A DNA stretch of 64,000 nucleotides from Nitrosopumilus sp. (GTDB taxonomy: Archaea; Thermoproteota; Nitrososphaeria; Nitrososphaerales; Nitrosopumilaceae). Every line of letters begins with the position of its first letter. Within the stretch, counting starts at the first letter, position 1. The DNA lies in the NCBI GenBank assembly GCA_965223425.1, contig OZ245003.1:2450871-2514870 (forward strand), given 5' to 3'. Below are positions 19,984-28,849 of this stretch, piece by piece. Position numbers and translations under genes: made by a program. The notes under the pieces are model-generated. The model was not told the DNA's origin, searched no databases, and saw only the letters and a program-made list of their open reading frames with translations.

Positions 19984-20209
19984 TGTACTGGAAGCACAAA
20001 TCAAGGAGCTTCAGAGTCAGTTATCTGCACTAGCTGAAAAATTTGAAAAGGCCACAGGCAGAAAGGCAAGAACGTCAAAACGTGTCAGCATCCCCGTAAC
20101 TGATGAGGAATTTGCAATGATTGACGAAATGGCGTTTAGAACCAAAAAATCAAAGGCTCAATTCCTAAGAAAAGTATTGGTTGAAAAAGGGCTTCCTGCA
20201 TTAACGTGA
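19984..20209 (+). pseudogene. C-terminal fragment of a coiled-coil/ribbon-helix-helix DNA-binding protein
   Basis: KRVSIPVTDEEFAMIDEMAFRTKKSKAQFLRKVL RHH pattern; joined directly to the IS6 fragment. Confidence 0.5.
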
Positions 20210-20260
20210 TATGATATTTCGAAATACCGAAATACTTTTTTCTTTTTTTGTGGACCTGCC

Positions 20261-21404
20261 GTAGTATGCACATAAAAAACCTGAACCATTTTGACAATTA
20301 TTTTTGGCCAAAAGATCCAAGACAGGCCATACCGCACACACTGCATGTACAAACAAAAAAAGAGACAGGTTGCAAGGGGGGCAAAATTTCTGCCAAACAC
20401 CGGCGTTGCAGACCTCAAAAGGGCATACAAAAAAGAGACCGATCCCAGAAGGCGCGACAGGCTGCTTGCGTACATGCAGCGCAAGGACGGCGTGCCGCTA
20501 TACAGGATTGGAAGGATGCTGGGAAGGCCCAAATCCACCATATCTGCATGGCTCAACCGCGCACAGGACGAGGGAATGCGCGCAAGATTCGAGCGCAGCG
20601 GCAGGGGACGAAAGCACCTGCTAGGCGGGCCGCAGGCAGGACAGCTTGCAGCAGACCTGGATGCGGGGCCGGAGTCATGCGGCTTTGAGAGCAGCCTGTG
20701 GGACTCCAACCTGGTAAGGCTGCACATCAAGCGAAAGTTCGGCGTGCAGTACAGCAAGGCAGGCGTGCTGCAGCTGATCAGGGAGATGGGCTTTTCGTGG
20801 AGCAAGGCGCGTCCAAAAAACCCCAAGTCAGCCTCAAAAAGAAAGCAAAAAGAGTTTCAGGAGCGGGCAAAAAAACTCGTTGCAGAAAAGTCGGCGCAGG
20901 GATACACCGTACTGGCCGGCGATGCATCCTCGATTCAAAAGGCATCAAACAGGCCCGGCTACGGGTGGAGAAGGCGCGGCAAGCGCGCCACATCCCCCTC
21001 TGTTTTGTCACGCAAGAGAAGATACATCTTTGGAGTCCTGTCAGCAAGCGCATTTTACTTTATGTTTTATGAAAAGTCAAACAGCGACAGCTTTTGCAGC
21101 TTTTTGGAACGGGTTCACAAAAGATTCGGCAGGGTGCTGCTGTTTGTAGACAATGCGTCATATCACAAATCCAAAAAGGTAAAGGAGTTTCTGGAAAGAT
21201 ACAACGGCGAGATAGTTCTGGAGTACCTGCTGCCGTACACGCCGGAGCTTAATCCCATTGAGATGCAGTGGAGGGTGATAAAGCGGGTACTGTCTGCAAA
21301 GGTGTTTGGCACGCTAGATGAGATGGAGCAGTCAGTACGCAAGCTGTTTGCCAGAAAGGAGATCCTGCCTGTGAAAATATTCAATTATTTAATGTGCTAA
21401 CTAC
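20261..21404 (+). mobile_element. IS630-family element, complete
   Basis: Imperfect IRs GTAGTATGCACATAAAAAACCTGAA / TTCAATTATTTAATGTGCTAACTAC around the transposase. Confidence 0.88.
20291..21400 (+). CDS. IS630-family transposase
   Basis: Two HTH regions; GDAS, VDNASYHKS, LPYTPELNPIEMQW DDE motifs; single frame. Confidence 0.92.
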   Translation: MTIIFGQKIQDRPYRTHCMYKQKKRQVARGAKFLPNTGVADLKRAYKKETDPRRRDRLLAYMQRKDGVPLYRIGRMLGRPKSTISAWLNRAQDEGMRARFERSGRGRKHLLGGPQAGQLAADLDAGPESCGFESSLWDSNLVRLHIKRKFGVQYSKAGVLQLIREMGFSWSKARPKNPKSASKRKQKEFQERAKKLVAEKSAQGYTVLAGDASSIQKASNRPGYGWRRRGKRATSPSVLSRKRRYIFGVLSASAFYFMFYEKSNSDSFCSFLERVHKRFGRVLLFVDNASYHKSKKVKEFLERYNGEIVLEYLLPYTPELNPIEMQWRVIKRVLSAKVFGTLDEMEQSVRKLFARKEILPVKIFNYLMC

Positions 21405-21586
21405 GGGGATTGAACCCGAACCTATGAGGTTTCGATTCATCGTGCTACCATTACACCACAGGCCCACAATCCTTTTAATATGGCATAGTGATAATAATAT
21501 TGAGGTTTCGGTTCGTGCTAGTTTTACACTGGCCTTTTTTCTTTTTTCAGTAAATCACACTTTATTAATACGTGTTTTTAGAAATA

Positions 21587-22835
21587 CAGCTAAGCGAAAT
21601 GTGTCCCAAGCCTGAGATCATGTAGGCGGTTTGGACTGGCGTATGGGAAGCGATTCCAGCTGCACCCTAAACGTCAGCATGGTCATGGCACTCTGCCTTT
21701 CAGTGCCATCAGAAAGCATTGCCCTGACAATCACCCATTCATTGTACAATACCAGAGAATAGTAAAAGCACAGCATCCGCGATTCCATGTCTGTGATTCG
21801 TGTCTTGGCCCTGCACTCCTCGATTTTGCCGTACTCATCTTTATCCCCCATCTTTTGGCATAGACCTCGGTCCTGACTGCGGGATGGTTTGTTGCAAACC
21901 CGATGTACCTCCTTCTGGGCCATCAGAGTCTTTGGCCTTTTTCCTGTCAGTTATTATCATGGAATATTCAGCAGCAGAACCCAGGTTGTTTTCAATTACG
22001 TTCCCTGAGATTTTCCTTCTCTTCCCCTGTGCAAACTCTTGCAGGCGGCCACCACGTTGTACGTGTTCCTGCACGGCATCAGAAACTTTACGTTGTTTTC
22101 CTGCAGCCTGCTTATCGCATCAACTGAGAAGAACTCACGGTCAAGCAACACCAGGTGTGTCCTGATGCCCCCATCCCTGCCATGGTTTTGAGGACGGCAT
22201 CCACGTAATCAGGCACGGATTCGAGCATCTTCAGGTATGATGCGGCAAGAACGATACGCATCTTGTCATTTACGCACTGGACTCATGTAACGCTCAAGTA
22301 TTTGGTTCCGTTCTTGTATTTGGAACGTGTCAGCTCCGCCCCCGGTACCCTGTCATAGCGCGGTATGAGGTGCATATCGATTGCTATGTCCAGTCCTTTT
22401 TTTGGAAACCTGCCCAGTCTTTTGAGGGTTTCAAGATGCCTTGCTATCTGGCCCTCAAGCGTGTGCTGGATTGCATCCTGCTCAATTCCCTTGATTGCCG
22501 ATGCAATCCACCTGTCAGACGGGGTATCGCAGCCTTTGCGCCTTTGCGCCTTTGCGCATCCGCCCACAGAGGAATCCATGGTGGCAGCCTTTAGCATGCC
22601 GCAGTTCAGATCATCTGGCCCAAACGTTGCGTTGTACCTGTCTGATGTGTTGGCGCATGCAAGCATGTTTTTGGCGCCGTCTGCAACGTCTTCATATATG
22701 CGTGGATTGTTTAACAGTTCGCGGCCCTGTCTGGTTTTTTGTCTCAACAACAGAAATCATGGGGTCGTACCCTCATTGATCTGTTTGCATTTTGTAGCCG
22801 ATTTGGCCCGAATTAGAGCAGATTTCGCTTAGCTG
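21587..22835 (-). mobile_element. Second ISH3-family element with multiply frameshifted transposase
   Basis: 14-bp IR CAGCTAAGCGAAAT / ATTTCGCTTAGCTG; IAIDMHLIPRYD and LVLYNEW motifs in different frames. Confidence 0.82.
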
Positions 22836-23530
22836 TCATACATTTCAAATTCATCTTCACAAAATTGATGAAATACTGTGCATTTGTTTTTTTTAGCATC
22901 CATCTTAATTTTTTCCATTTCTTTGTTAAGCACGCCCTGCGCTGCCAAAAAGGCATCATCTTCCCTGTCTAATTTTTTTAATAATTGTGATTTTGCAAGA
23001 GAAGCTTCTTTTAAGCTAGAATCAATCATTTGGACTTTATCATAATACTCTATAGCATCTTTGTAATTACCCAAATGACTAAGAGAAATGGCCTTGTTCA
23101 TCAATGCAGTGACATCACTTGAATCCATTTGAAGAGATTTGTTGTAATACTCAAGAGCCTCTTGATGTCGATCTAACTCGTTCAAAGATAATCCCATGCT
23201 GTTTAAAATCCAAACGTCCTTAGAGTTCTTAGATAGAATCTCTTCACATAATTTCAAAACTTGTTCATGTTGTTTCAAACTTTCAAGAGCATAGATCTTG
23301 TTTTTTAATGCATAAGTGTCAGAGTTTTTTATTTTAAGAACTTTATCACAATAAACAATTGCTTCCTCATATTTTTGTAGATAAATTAAAGACAATGAAA
23401 TGTTTTGAAGTGCAACCATATCATTAGGTATTTTTTTGAGCAAGTTTTTACAATAATTGTACATATCGTCGTATTTTCCAGAATTAAACATTCTAGTGAT
23501 TATATTTGTAGGATCAAGAAGGTTAACCAT
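22829..23530 (-). CDS. TPR-repeat protein; stop codon supplied by the ISH3 end
   Basis: Multiple TPR motifs (A...G.SL..L..Y.EA..YY.K). Confidence 0.85.
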   Translation of the reverse strand: MVNLLDPTNIITRMFNSGKYDDMYNYCKNLLKKIPNDMVALQNISLSLIYLQKYEEAIVYCDKVLKIKNSDTYALKNKIYALESLKQHEQVLKLCEEILSKNSKDVWILNSMGLSLNELDRHQEALEYYNKSLQMDSSDVTALMNKAISLSHLGNYKDAIEYYDKVQMIDSSLKEASLAKSQLLKKLDREDDAFLAAQGVLNKEMEKIKMDAKKNKCTVFHQFCEDEFEMYDS

Positions 23531-23600
23531 TTTATTGTAATTTTATAAGAACTAGTCATCTTTAACACATTCTAATCCTATTAAAGAAACGCTGGAATTA

Positions 23601-23744
23601 TTATTTTAGCGATTTACGAAGTGCCTCGTTTAATACTTTAGAATAACTGTAGGAAGATTGCTCCTGTTGAATCAATTTTGCTTGACGAAGCCTAAGTTTT
23701 TTATCAAGATCCTCATCAATCATGATCGTAACCCGTTTGCCCAT
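23601..23744 (-). CDS. Small ribbon-helix-helix protein
   Basis: MGKRVTIMIDEDLDKKLR...SYSKVLNEALRKSL. Confidence 0.75.
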   Translation of the reverse strand: MGKRVTIMIDEDLDKKLRLRQAKLIQQEQSSYSYSKVLNEALRKSLK

Positions 23745-24004
23745 TATTACCACTATAATGTTATGAAATTTAGAATATAACACTTTATGACAAGTTCCGG
23801 AAATTGAAACGATTACTCGTGGATTTTAGAGACTATTTGATATTTTGAATGATTTATGGAGTAAAGGAATATGGAGTTTTTCCAGTTTTTTCCACAGTAT
23901 AACTCCCATCTGGGTGTTTAGTACGGCATGCCGTGATTGGGATCATGCTGTGAATAAACTCTGAAAAAATGATCAAATTGTGTTAATTGTGCCTAGAACT
24001 ATTG

Positions 24005-24097
24005 TATATTTTATGTAACTGATCTCTCTTTAGAGGAGAGAATGTATACATAAATTATATATATTTTATGTAACTGATCTCTCTTTAGAGGAGAGAA
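24005..24097 (+). repeat. Perfect 38-bp direct repeat x2 upstream of abiEi
   Basis: TATATTTTATGTAACTGATCTCTCTTTAGAGGAGAGAA at 24005-24042 and 24060-24097. Confidence 0.95.
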
Positions 24098-24099
24098 AG

Positions 24100-24924
24100 G
24101 TGACACAAAATATACGACTAGGTCCACAAGAAAGCAAATTATTGTTTAGTTTAGAGATGAAGAAAATAAGCATCTTTACCTTCAATGATGCCAAAAATAT
24201 CCTCGAAGGAACGGATTCTGCTGCCTGGAATGTAATAGAAGGACTGAAAAAGAAGAAGAGATTGCAAGAAATCGAAAATGGAAAATATCTTCTTGTCCCT
24301 GCAAGAGCGGATCCTGAAGGATATTGGTCTGAGGATCCTTGGTTAATTGTACCTCAATTGATTGATGAGTACTATGTTGGGTTTTGGACTGCAATGAATT
24401 TTTGGGACATGACAGAGCAAATACCCTACACGGTCTTTGTTGCTACTCCAAAACGAAAGAAAAACCGTATTTTAAAATTTGGAAATCAAAAATTCCAATT
24501 TGTTACCATCTCAAAAAAGAAATTTTTTGGATACATTAAATGCAAAATAGGAAAAAATAATAATTTTAACATCTCTTCAAAAGAAAAAACAATTGTTGAT
24601 GGATTAACTCATCCGGAATACTGTGGTGGAATAGTAGAAGTAACAAAAGCCATGTGGAATATACGAAAAGAAGTTGACTGGAATGAGGTTTACCAATTAG
24701 CAAAAAAAATTGAAATTAATGTAGTGTTACGCCGATTGGGATATCTGTTAACTGTTCTTGATATGGAACAAAGCCTATCTGAGAAAATCAAAAAAGAAAT
24801 AGTTTGTTATCCTTACAGTTTTCTTGATCCTACTACTGCAAAAGCAAGAATTGCATATTCAAAAGAATATGGGTTAATACTTAACAGAACAAAAGGTGAA
24901 TTAGTTAATTGGATGGAGTATTAG
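24100..24924 (+). CDS. Type IV toxin-antitoxin AbiEi-family antitoxin, no toxin adjacent
   Basis: N-terminal wHTH (IENGKYL), YYVGFWTAMNFWDMTEQIP, SSKEKTIVDGL.HPEYCGG. Confidence 0.85.
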   Translation: MTQNIRLGPQESKLLFSLEMKKISIFTFNDAKNILEGTDSAAWNVIEGLKKKKRLQEIENGKYLLVPARADPEGYWSEDPWLIVPQLIDEYYVGFWTAMNFWDMTEQIPYTVFVATPKRKKNRILKFGNQKFQFVTISKKKFFGYIKCKIGKNNNFNISSKEKTIVDGLTHPEYCGGIVEVTKAMWNIRKEVDWNEVYQLAKKIEINVVLRRLGYLLTVLDMEQSLSEKIKKEIVCYPYSFLDPTTAKARIAYSKEYGLILNRTKGELVNWMEY

Positions 24925-24966
24925 AAATGAATGAGTATGAAATCAATCATTGAAGCATAAATTAGA

Positions 24967-25830
24967 TTAAAACTGTTTTTTTACAAGTTTAAGCAGTGCT
25001 TTGGCTTGCTTGAAATGTACTTCATCTATCATTTTTCCATCAACTGTTGTAGCGCCCTTTCCTTTCCTTGTTGATTCAAGATAGGCCTTGCAGACTTTTT
25101 CGGCCCACAAAACTTCACTTTTGTTTGGATGAAATAATTTGTGTACGGTAGATAGTTGATCTGGATGTATGACACTTTTTCCAGAATATCCCATACTTTT
25201 ACCAAATTTGCAGTCTTTTTCTAATCCTTTGCCGTCTTTTAGGTCCTGCCAAATTGCATCTATAGCAGCTACCCCAGCTGCATGTGCATCTACTGGGATC
25301 TTTGTTCTTGAATAATTGGATCCTTCTGACTTTTTCGTATATTCGACTCCCAGATCATTTAACAGATCAAAAACTCCAAAAACTACCGCAGTGACTCTTT
25401 TTCCAAAAGATGCAATACCAAACGTGTTAACTACCCCCTCTGCAGATTCAATAGAGGGAATTATTTGAATAGGTTCTAATTTTCTAGTCTTTTCTAACCC
25501 AGACAGGGTTTTTTCAATTTTTTTCATGTCCTGGATATTGTTTACTTTGGGAATAACAACTCCATCAATTCCCTTTTGAAGCACTTCTTTGAGATCAGAT
25601 GGAATTTTGCCAGATGATGGGGAGTTAGTACGCACAAAAATTGATGATGCGTAAGATTTGCGGGATTTCAATGCTAATTTGATCAGTTTTCGTGCGTTTG
25701 TCTTTTCACTATCTGGAACAGAGTCTTCTAGATCAAAGCAAACAATGTCTGCTTGAAGTTTTTTTGCTTTTTCAAGAAATCTTGAATTGTTCCCAGGTAC
25801 AAATATGATACTGCGAAAAAGATGCGTCAT
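24967..25830 (-). CDS. CitE/malyl-CoA lyase-like CoA ester lyase
   Basis: RSIIFVPGN, DLEDSV, IESAEG, GKSVIHPDQ, DGKMID. Confidence 0.9.
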   Translation of the reverse strand: MTHLFRSIIFVPGNNSRFLEKAKKLQADIVCFDLEDSVPDSEKTNARKLIKLALKSRKSYASSIFVRTNSPSSGKIPSDLKEVLQKGIDGVVIPKVNNIQDMKKIEKTLSGLEKTRKLEPIQIIPSIESAEGVVNTFGIASFGKRVTAVVFGVFDLLNDLGVEYTKKSEGSNYSRTKIPVDAHAAGVAAIDAIWQDLKDGKGLEKDCKFGKSMGYSGKSVIHPDQLSTVHKLFHPNKSEVLWAEKVCKAYLESTRKGKGATTVDGKMIDEVHFKQAKALLKLVKKQF

Positions 25831-25837
25831 TAAATGA

Positions 25838-26917
25838 CTATGCGCCCTCTGGCTTCATTAAGATTTTGCCAAAGAGGCCTCTTCCCGTTAGCATCTTTGT
25901 GTGGGCCTCTGCTGCCTGTTCAAATGTGTATGTTGAGTCGATTGCCGCTTTGATTTTTCCTTGACCCATCCAGTATAGGGCTTGATCAAGTTCGGCTTTG
26001 GTTCCTTGTGTTGAACCTAAGATGTTCGTACCTTTGAAGAATACATGTCTTAGATCAGTTTTTGCATCATATCCAGTTGTTGCACCACATGAAACTAAAG
26101 TTGCACCATACTTGAGTAAGGTTAGTTGCTTGTTCCAGTGTGTTTCACCGATATGATCAAATGATACGTCAATTCCCGGCACCTCACCTTTCTTTTTGGC
26201 AAGTTCTTTTGTTATACCTCTAACTTCTTTGTGCCAGTCCTCTTTTCTGTGATCTACTGCATAATCTGCTCCAAGTTCCAGACATTTGTCTAGTTTATCT
26301 GGACTTGCAGTGGCAATGACATCGCAGTTGTAGAGTTTTGCAATTTGAATACCGAAACTTCCTACCCCTGAGCCACCGCCCATAATCAAGACAGTCTGTC
26401 CTGGAACAATCTTGGCTCTGCCAACTAGCATATGCCAAGAAGTAAGTATGGTCATTGATGCAGCTGCTGCTTCATCATATGAAACACCCTCTGGGATTTT
26501 TGAGACATTAACTTCTGGCAAGTGGGTCACTTCAGAGAAGGCTCCCCATGCTGGACCAGTTTGAAAACCCCAAATGGTTCTGTTAACACAATCAAATTCC
26601 CTACCATCGGTGCATGCTTTGCAAACCCTGCATGACATGTTAGAGTGGGATACAACTCTGTCTCCAACTTTGATGTTTTTTACATCCTCGCCTACTGCAA
26701 CTACATCTCCGGCAGCATCAGAACCTGATACATGTGGAAGTGGAACTGCAACCGGTTGGCCTCTCATTCCCCAGATATCATTATAATTCAGAGCAGAGGC
26801 TTTTACTTTGAAAACTACCTCATCTGCTTTTGGTTTTGGTTCATCTATATCCTGGACTTTGAGGATTTTAGCATAATCATCATCTGGTGCATATTCATTG
26901 TATACAACGGCTTTCAT
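25838..26917 (-). CDS. Zn-dependent MDR-family alcohol dehydrogenase/reductase
   Basis: CRVCKAC..C structural Zn site; GGGSGVG Rossmann motif. Confidence 0.88.
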   Translation of the reverse strand: MKAVVYNEYAPDDDYAKILKVQDIDEPKPKADEVVFKVKASALNYNDIWGMRGQPVAVPLPHVSGSDAAGDVVAVGEDVKNIKVGDRVVSHSNMSCRVCKACTDGREFDCVNRTIWGFQTGPAWGAFSEVTHLPEVNVSKIPEGVSYDEAAAASMTILTSWHMLVGRAKIVPGQTVLIMGGGSGVGSFGIQIAKLYNCDVIATASPDKLDKCLELGADYAVDHRKEDWHKEVRGITKELAKKKGEVPGIDVSFDHIGETHWNKQLTLLKYGATLVSCGATTGYDAKTDLRHVFFKGTNILGSTQGTKAELDQALYWMGQGKIKAAIDSTYTFEQAAEAHTKMLTGRGLFGKILMKPEGA

Positions 26918-26957
26918 GAATAAATCGGCTATTTACCCATAATTATATTTTATCTGA

Positions 26958-27239
26958 TCAGACACGATTTATCTTAAAATCGCGTTTTGGTTGCTGAATA
27001 GACAGGAGTATCTGCTTTAGTTGATCATCAGACAGCTGACCAGAAATTTTTCCTTGGGTGGCCATTCCAATCAGATATTGCTCCACCAGATCAGACAATT
27101 CTGGTTTCACCATTTTGATATTGTTTAGCCTTGCTCTTGCCTCAGATGTAAGAATTTGTTTTAGAATCTGTTCTTTTTGTGCAGCTAGTTCATTGGCTGT
27201 GTTATCTTGAGGTTGATCGTTGGATTCTGGAAAACTCAT
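26958..27239 (-). CDS. PDCD5/TFAR19-like DNA-binding protein
   Basis: QILTSEARARLNNIKMVKPE..VEQYLI; usual position after rps19e. Confidence 0.9.
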   Translation of the reverse strand: MSFPESNDQPQDNTANELAAQKEQILKQILTSEARARLNNIKMVKPELSDLVEQYLIGMATQGKISGQLSDDQLKQILLSIQQPKRDFKINRV

Positions 27240-27246
27240 TTTGAAT

Positions 27247-27699
27247 CTAAGTGTATACTTTCAATTGAGGGTTCTCAGCAATTAATTCGTTAAGAATTTC
27301 TGTTGCGAGTTTGTCGAGTTTTTGCATTCCTTGTTTGGAGATAACACGGCCTTTTTTCTCAACTTTTTCCACATAGCCAAGTTTTTCTAAACCGTGAATG
27401 GCATTACGAATAATTGCGCCGCCGGCATCCCTGTGATGGGCTGCACCGTATCCAGATGGTTTACCGCCACCATAATCTTTTCTTAACTCGCTAATTCCGA
27501 TAGGACCATTAAGGTAAATTTTTCTCATTAGTGATGCACATCTTGTATGCCACCATTCCCTGTCTTGTGGCGGTTTATCAGCATGAGCTCCTGTCTTGAC
27601 AAATGGAATCCATGAGGGTGCGGGAATATCTTCATTCTTTAGAATAGCTGCAAGCCTTCCTATCAATACATCTGATGGTACATCGTATACCTTTGCCAT
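27247..27699 (-). CDS. rps19e: 30S ribosomal protein S19e
   Basis: VYDVP, W..FVKTG, WWHTRCASLMRKIY..GPIG. Confidence 0.95.
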   Translation of the reverse strand: MAKVYDVPSDVLIGRLAAILKNEDIPAPSWIPFVKTGAHADKPPQDREWWHTRCASLMRKIYLNGPIGISELRKDYGGGKPSGYGAAHHRDAGGAIIRNAIHGLEKLGYVEKVEKKGRVISKQGMQKLDKLATEILNELIAENPQLKVYT

Positions 27700-27730
27700 G
27701 AAGTGAAAAAATTGAGAATCGCCTTATAAA

Positions 27731-28051
27731 TCATTGAGATATTATTTTGCGATAAGTATGCCCACACAAGTTACAAGATATTCTGATCGACTTGACAGAT
27801 GCCCTTCCCAGACGAATTCGAGAATTAATTCCAGGCGCAATAAATGATTTACATTTTTTACAAAAAACCATCTTAAGATCATAGGGCATCCGAATTTTAT
27901 GTCTAGTACTAATCCTACGAGCAAGTAAAGCCTGACGCTGAGAGAGTTGAGGATTTGTTTTTGCATTACCAATTGCATTTTCAATAAGAATTTGCATTCT
28001 TTCCATTGCAATTTTTTTAACCGCAGGTCTCATAATTATTTCTAAAAACAC
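27731..28051 (-). CDS. rnp4: RNase P protein subunit Rpp21
   Basis: IAMERM..L, FCKKC...PG..SRIR, SCNLCG. Confidence 0.9.
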   Translation of the reverse strand: MFLEIIMRPAVKKIAMERMQILIENAIGNAKTNPQLSQRQALLARRISTRHKIRMPYDLKMVFCKKCKSFIAPGINSRIRLGRASVKSIRISCNLCGHTYRKIISQ

Positions 28052-28083
28052 GCCTAAAAATTGGTTCCCATTATTATGAAAAA

Positions 28084-28157
28084 TGCAGTCAGCGGGACTT
28101 GAACCCGCGTCGCAGGGTTGGAAACCCCGAATACTAACCAGGCTATACTATGACTGC
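28084..28157 (-). tRNA. tRNA-Gly(TCC)
   Basis: GCAGTCA..CGGGG-TTTCCAA-CCCTG..GCGGGTTCAAGTCCCGC-TGACTGC-A cloverleaf. Confidence 0.95.
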
Positions 28158-28179
28158 AACAGAATGAAAATTTTATGTC

Positions 28180-28848
28180 CTACATAAAAATGGTTTTTTC
28201 ATATTCATAGAGCATTCTAGAAACTACAACATGGCCTTCAAACGGTTCACTACCAACAGAATACAAAGAACTTATTTTGTTTTTAACTGAATCAGAAAAG
28301 TTTCCCTTTTGAAACCCTCCAAGCACAAGGCATGTACCATCTGAAATCTCTTGGGCAATATTTTCATATGAATTTGACGTACCTTGTGTTGATAATCCAA
28401 TCACTTTGGAGGGATGAATTTCATCCAATAGCGCCGGAAAGGTTTTTTCCTTGATCTCAAGTAATGTTTCATCATTTGTTGAAATTTTTTTTTCTTGATA
28501 CAGTTTTTCAATCAACCCTTCAAATCGGCGGTATGACTTGGGCACATGAACATTTTGACCAAAATAAATTACCTTATCATCAATTGTATGAACAAAGAGT
28601 TTCATTTTGTTTCGGAGGTATAACGGGATTGTGGTAGCTTCAAGTATTGAAAAGTGCACTAGATCCGGTCGCCCTCTTTTAATTTCATTTTTTATTCCTT
28701 TCATAGCTGCAAAATGCCAAGAGTTATCTAGTAAAATTTCTGATGTGTGTTTTCCAAGCTTTCTTGCATGGGAAATAACTGACGGATGGTGTTTTAGTTC
28801 AGAGGGGACAAGCTCTAAGGCAGATTCAGATAAAATTAAAGAAATCAT
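28180..28848 (-). CDS. nep1: Nep1/Emg1 16S rRNA pseudouridine methyltransferase
   Basis: ESALELVP, RGRPDLVH, PKSY.RF.GL, GGFQKG SPOUT motifs. Confidence 0.9.
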   Translation of the reverse strand: MISLILSESALELVPSELKHHPSVISHARKLGKHTSEILLDNSWHFAAMKGIKNEIKRGRPDLVHFSILEATTIPLYLRNKMKLFVHTIDDKVIYFGQNVHVPKSYRRFEGLIEKLYQEKKISTNDETLLEIKEKTFPALLDEIHPSKVIGLSTQGTSNSYENIAQEISDGTCLVLGGFQKGNFSDSVKNKISSLYSVGSEPFEGHVVVSRMLYEYEKTIFM

Positions 28849-28849
28849 T

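Larger units (their letters stand above)
20251..21465 (-). pseudogene. tRNA-like gene (atypical GAA loop) split by IS630; parts at 21405-21465 and 20251-20260
   Basis: Rejoined sequence GGGCCTG-TG-GTGTAATGGTAGCAC-G-ATGAATCGAAACCTCAT-AGGT-TCGGGTTCAATCCCCGG-CAGGTCC-A forms a 71-nt cloverleaf. Confidence 0.7.

Noticed and set aside
24005-24097. Mini-CRISPR
   Set aside because: Only two copies with a 17-nt gap, and the repeat contains the promoter/RBS of abiEi
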